The position numbers and the translations under genes are program-made. A stretch of DNA of 63,215 nucleotides, the filler included, from Octopus bimaculoides (Eukaryota): NCBI RefSeq assembly GCF_001194135.2. It is 7 parts of 7 records of this genome, joined end to end, with 100 filler letters (N's around TTAATTAATTAA, not from the genome) between each part and the next. Parts side by side here need not be neighbours in the genome. Positions count along the whole stretch, not along the records: positions 60,945 to 63,215 come from NC_069008.1; 6 more parts are not named here. One strand, written 5' to 3'. Positions within the stretch are counted from its first letter, which is position 1, and every line of letters begins with the position of its first letter. The notes under the pieces were generated by a model, which saw only the letters and a program-made list of their open reading frames with translations, was not told the DNA's origin and made no database searches. Shown here one piece after another: positions 61,846 to 63,215 of this stretch.

Positions 61846-63125
61846 TGCTGGGGGCAATTTAGGGATTGGTGTGACTGTGACAGAAAATTATAGAAATTAT
61901 CTACGGATGGTCTCCACAGACGATTTGCTCTGTAATCCAATGAAAATTAGTGGTTCAAGCAGAATTGTTGAGAGAGACACAGGAGTGTCTTTGTGAGAAG
62001 TACTTAGAGTGTTGAATAATGCCCCCTGAAATGTTATCGTTGGCGTGTGTTGTGAAGCCCAAGATTTTCGTTTCACTGTGCCTTCTCGACGTCATAACAC
62101 AGAAGCTGCATTCCTCATCAACTGTGTCAGGAACAACTATTTACAATGATCTGTGGCATGGATATTTCTGAGCTACTGGGGTACCAATTCTTTGATCTAC
62201 TTGAATGATCAGAATAGTCATACACACACACACACATACTAGGGTGTGGTGCAATGAAGAATAACATATTTTTACAAATATTTAGTACCTCACAAAGAAT
62301 GACTTACTTTAAATGCATTGAAAAAACTATAACATATTCAGAACATTGTTTCAGAATGTCATCTCCATTCCCTTTGAACATACAAAAAGCATTTTCAGTC
62401 AGGGCAAAATGAGTAAGACAAGATAAGTTTTCCTCTTCAATTCTCCACAAGGTGGAAAACAATTATCATGGAGGTCATCAAATGAATAATATGGAGGTGC
62501 TGGTGGTTAAGTTGAGTTATACCAGCATAGGAATGATGCACAACACTTGCGAACAATTATCAGAAACTTTATTCACCGCACAAAACATTTTCCATGTTGG
62601 TCTTGAATTAAGATTATAAGAACAAAGTATATGCACTAGCAAAACAGTTCTGGGAAGACGATTGGTTAAACAAGCTCTGTGAATAGAAGTTCAAAACTAG
62701 ATAACACAGGCTAAGTTCAAACAGTACTACCATATCTTTTGTCTTCTGATTTAAATAAGATGTTCTTAAAACAACTGGGAAGTACTGAAAAATGAGGAGT
62801 CTTTATGACAACAATGCTCAATACTGCAATTTCACCCTCAAAACTTCTCAATTTATAAGCTTCGTTAGGATATGTTCTGGAAGTTTGCATCACATGACAG
62901 CTCGATGCTGATTGGTCAGTCAATTAGCAAATCATGTTAAATGGCTATGATTTGCAGCGTTTTATTTTGCTTTTCTTTAAGAAACCTTGCATTTCTTGGT
63001 TTGCATGTAAATCTCAAGATACATAGGCTAATGCACCTGTGATGATAGGTTCAAACAGAACATTTATTGTCAGATAGAAAACTGTAAGTTCCACATTAAT
63101 ACAGCAGAAATCTCTTTTTTTCTAG

Positions 63126-63215
63126 ACTTCTAATGATGCATTCACATCTGCTGGGAAACTGACCTTTACAAGAGAGCAGGATATTGTCCCTTGTCTGGCA
63201 GAACATCATCAGATC
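63126..63215 (+). CDS. Candidate exon running off the window end
   Basis: Strong acceptor tctctttttttctag|; phase-0 frame open to the end, TSNDAFTSAGKLTFTREQDIVPCLAEHHQI. Confidence 0.25.

Noticed and set aside
61863-61992. 130-bp candidate exon with a gtgaga donor
   Set aside because: The acceptor lies at the edge of a SINE fragment and has no polypyrimidine tract.

Overview
AT-rich, repeat-saturated animal genomic DNA from a draft short-read assembly, with roughly 6 kb of N gaps. The SINE repertoire and microsatellite load point to an octopus (inference; no search was run). No complete protein-coding gene is visible, and nearly all long ORFs in the supplied track are artefacts of N runs or microsatellites. 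Well-supported content: one intact tRNA-Ser(UGA) gene with a decayed tandem duplicate; decayed transposase fossils (DD37D maT-type, DD34D mariner-type); retroelement fossils (Penelope-like GIY-YIG element, three R4/Dong-type restriction-like-endonuclease LINE pieces, a CR1/L2/Jockey-type RT piece, a probable L1/Tx1 piece); about 30 tRNA-headed SINE copies or fragments from at least three families; a Helentron-type non-autonomous element; MITE-like palindromes; and many simple repeats. Best leads: (1) the Penelope 3' end, which joins a Pol III A/B-box head, a hammerhead-ribozyme-like core and a tandem tail; (2) a ~265-bp, ~93% identical inverted repeat; (3) a phase-compatible chain of candidate exons for an unrecognised Cys-containing protein at 16.4-19.2 kb. 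I found no convincing new multi-gene system. All family assignments come from motif recognition by eye.
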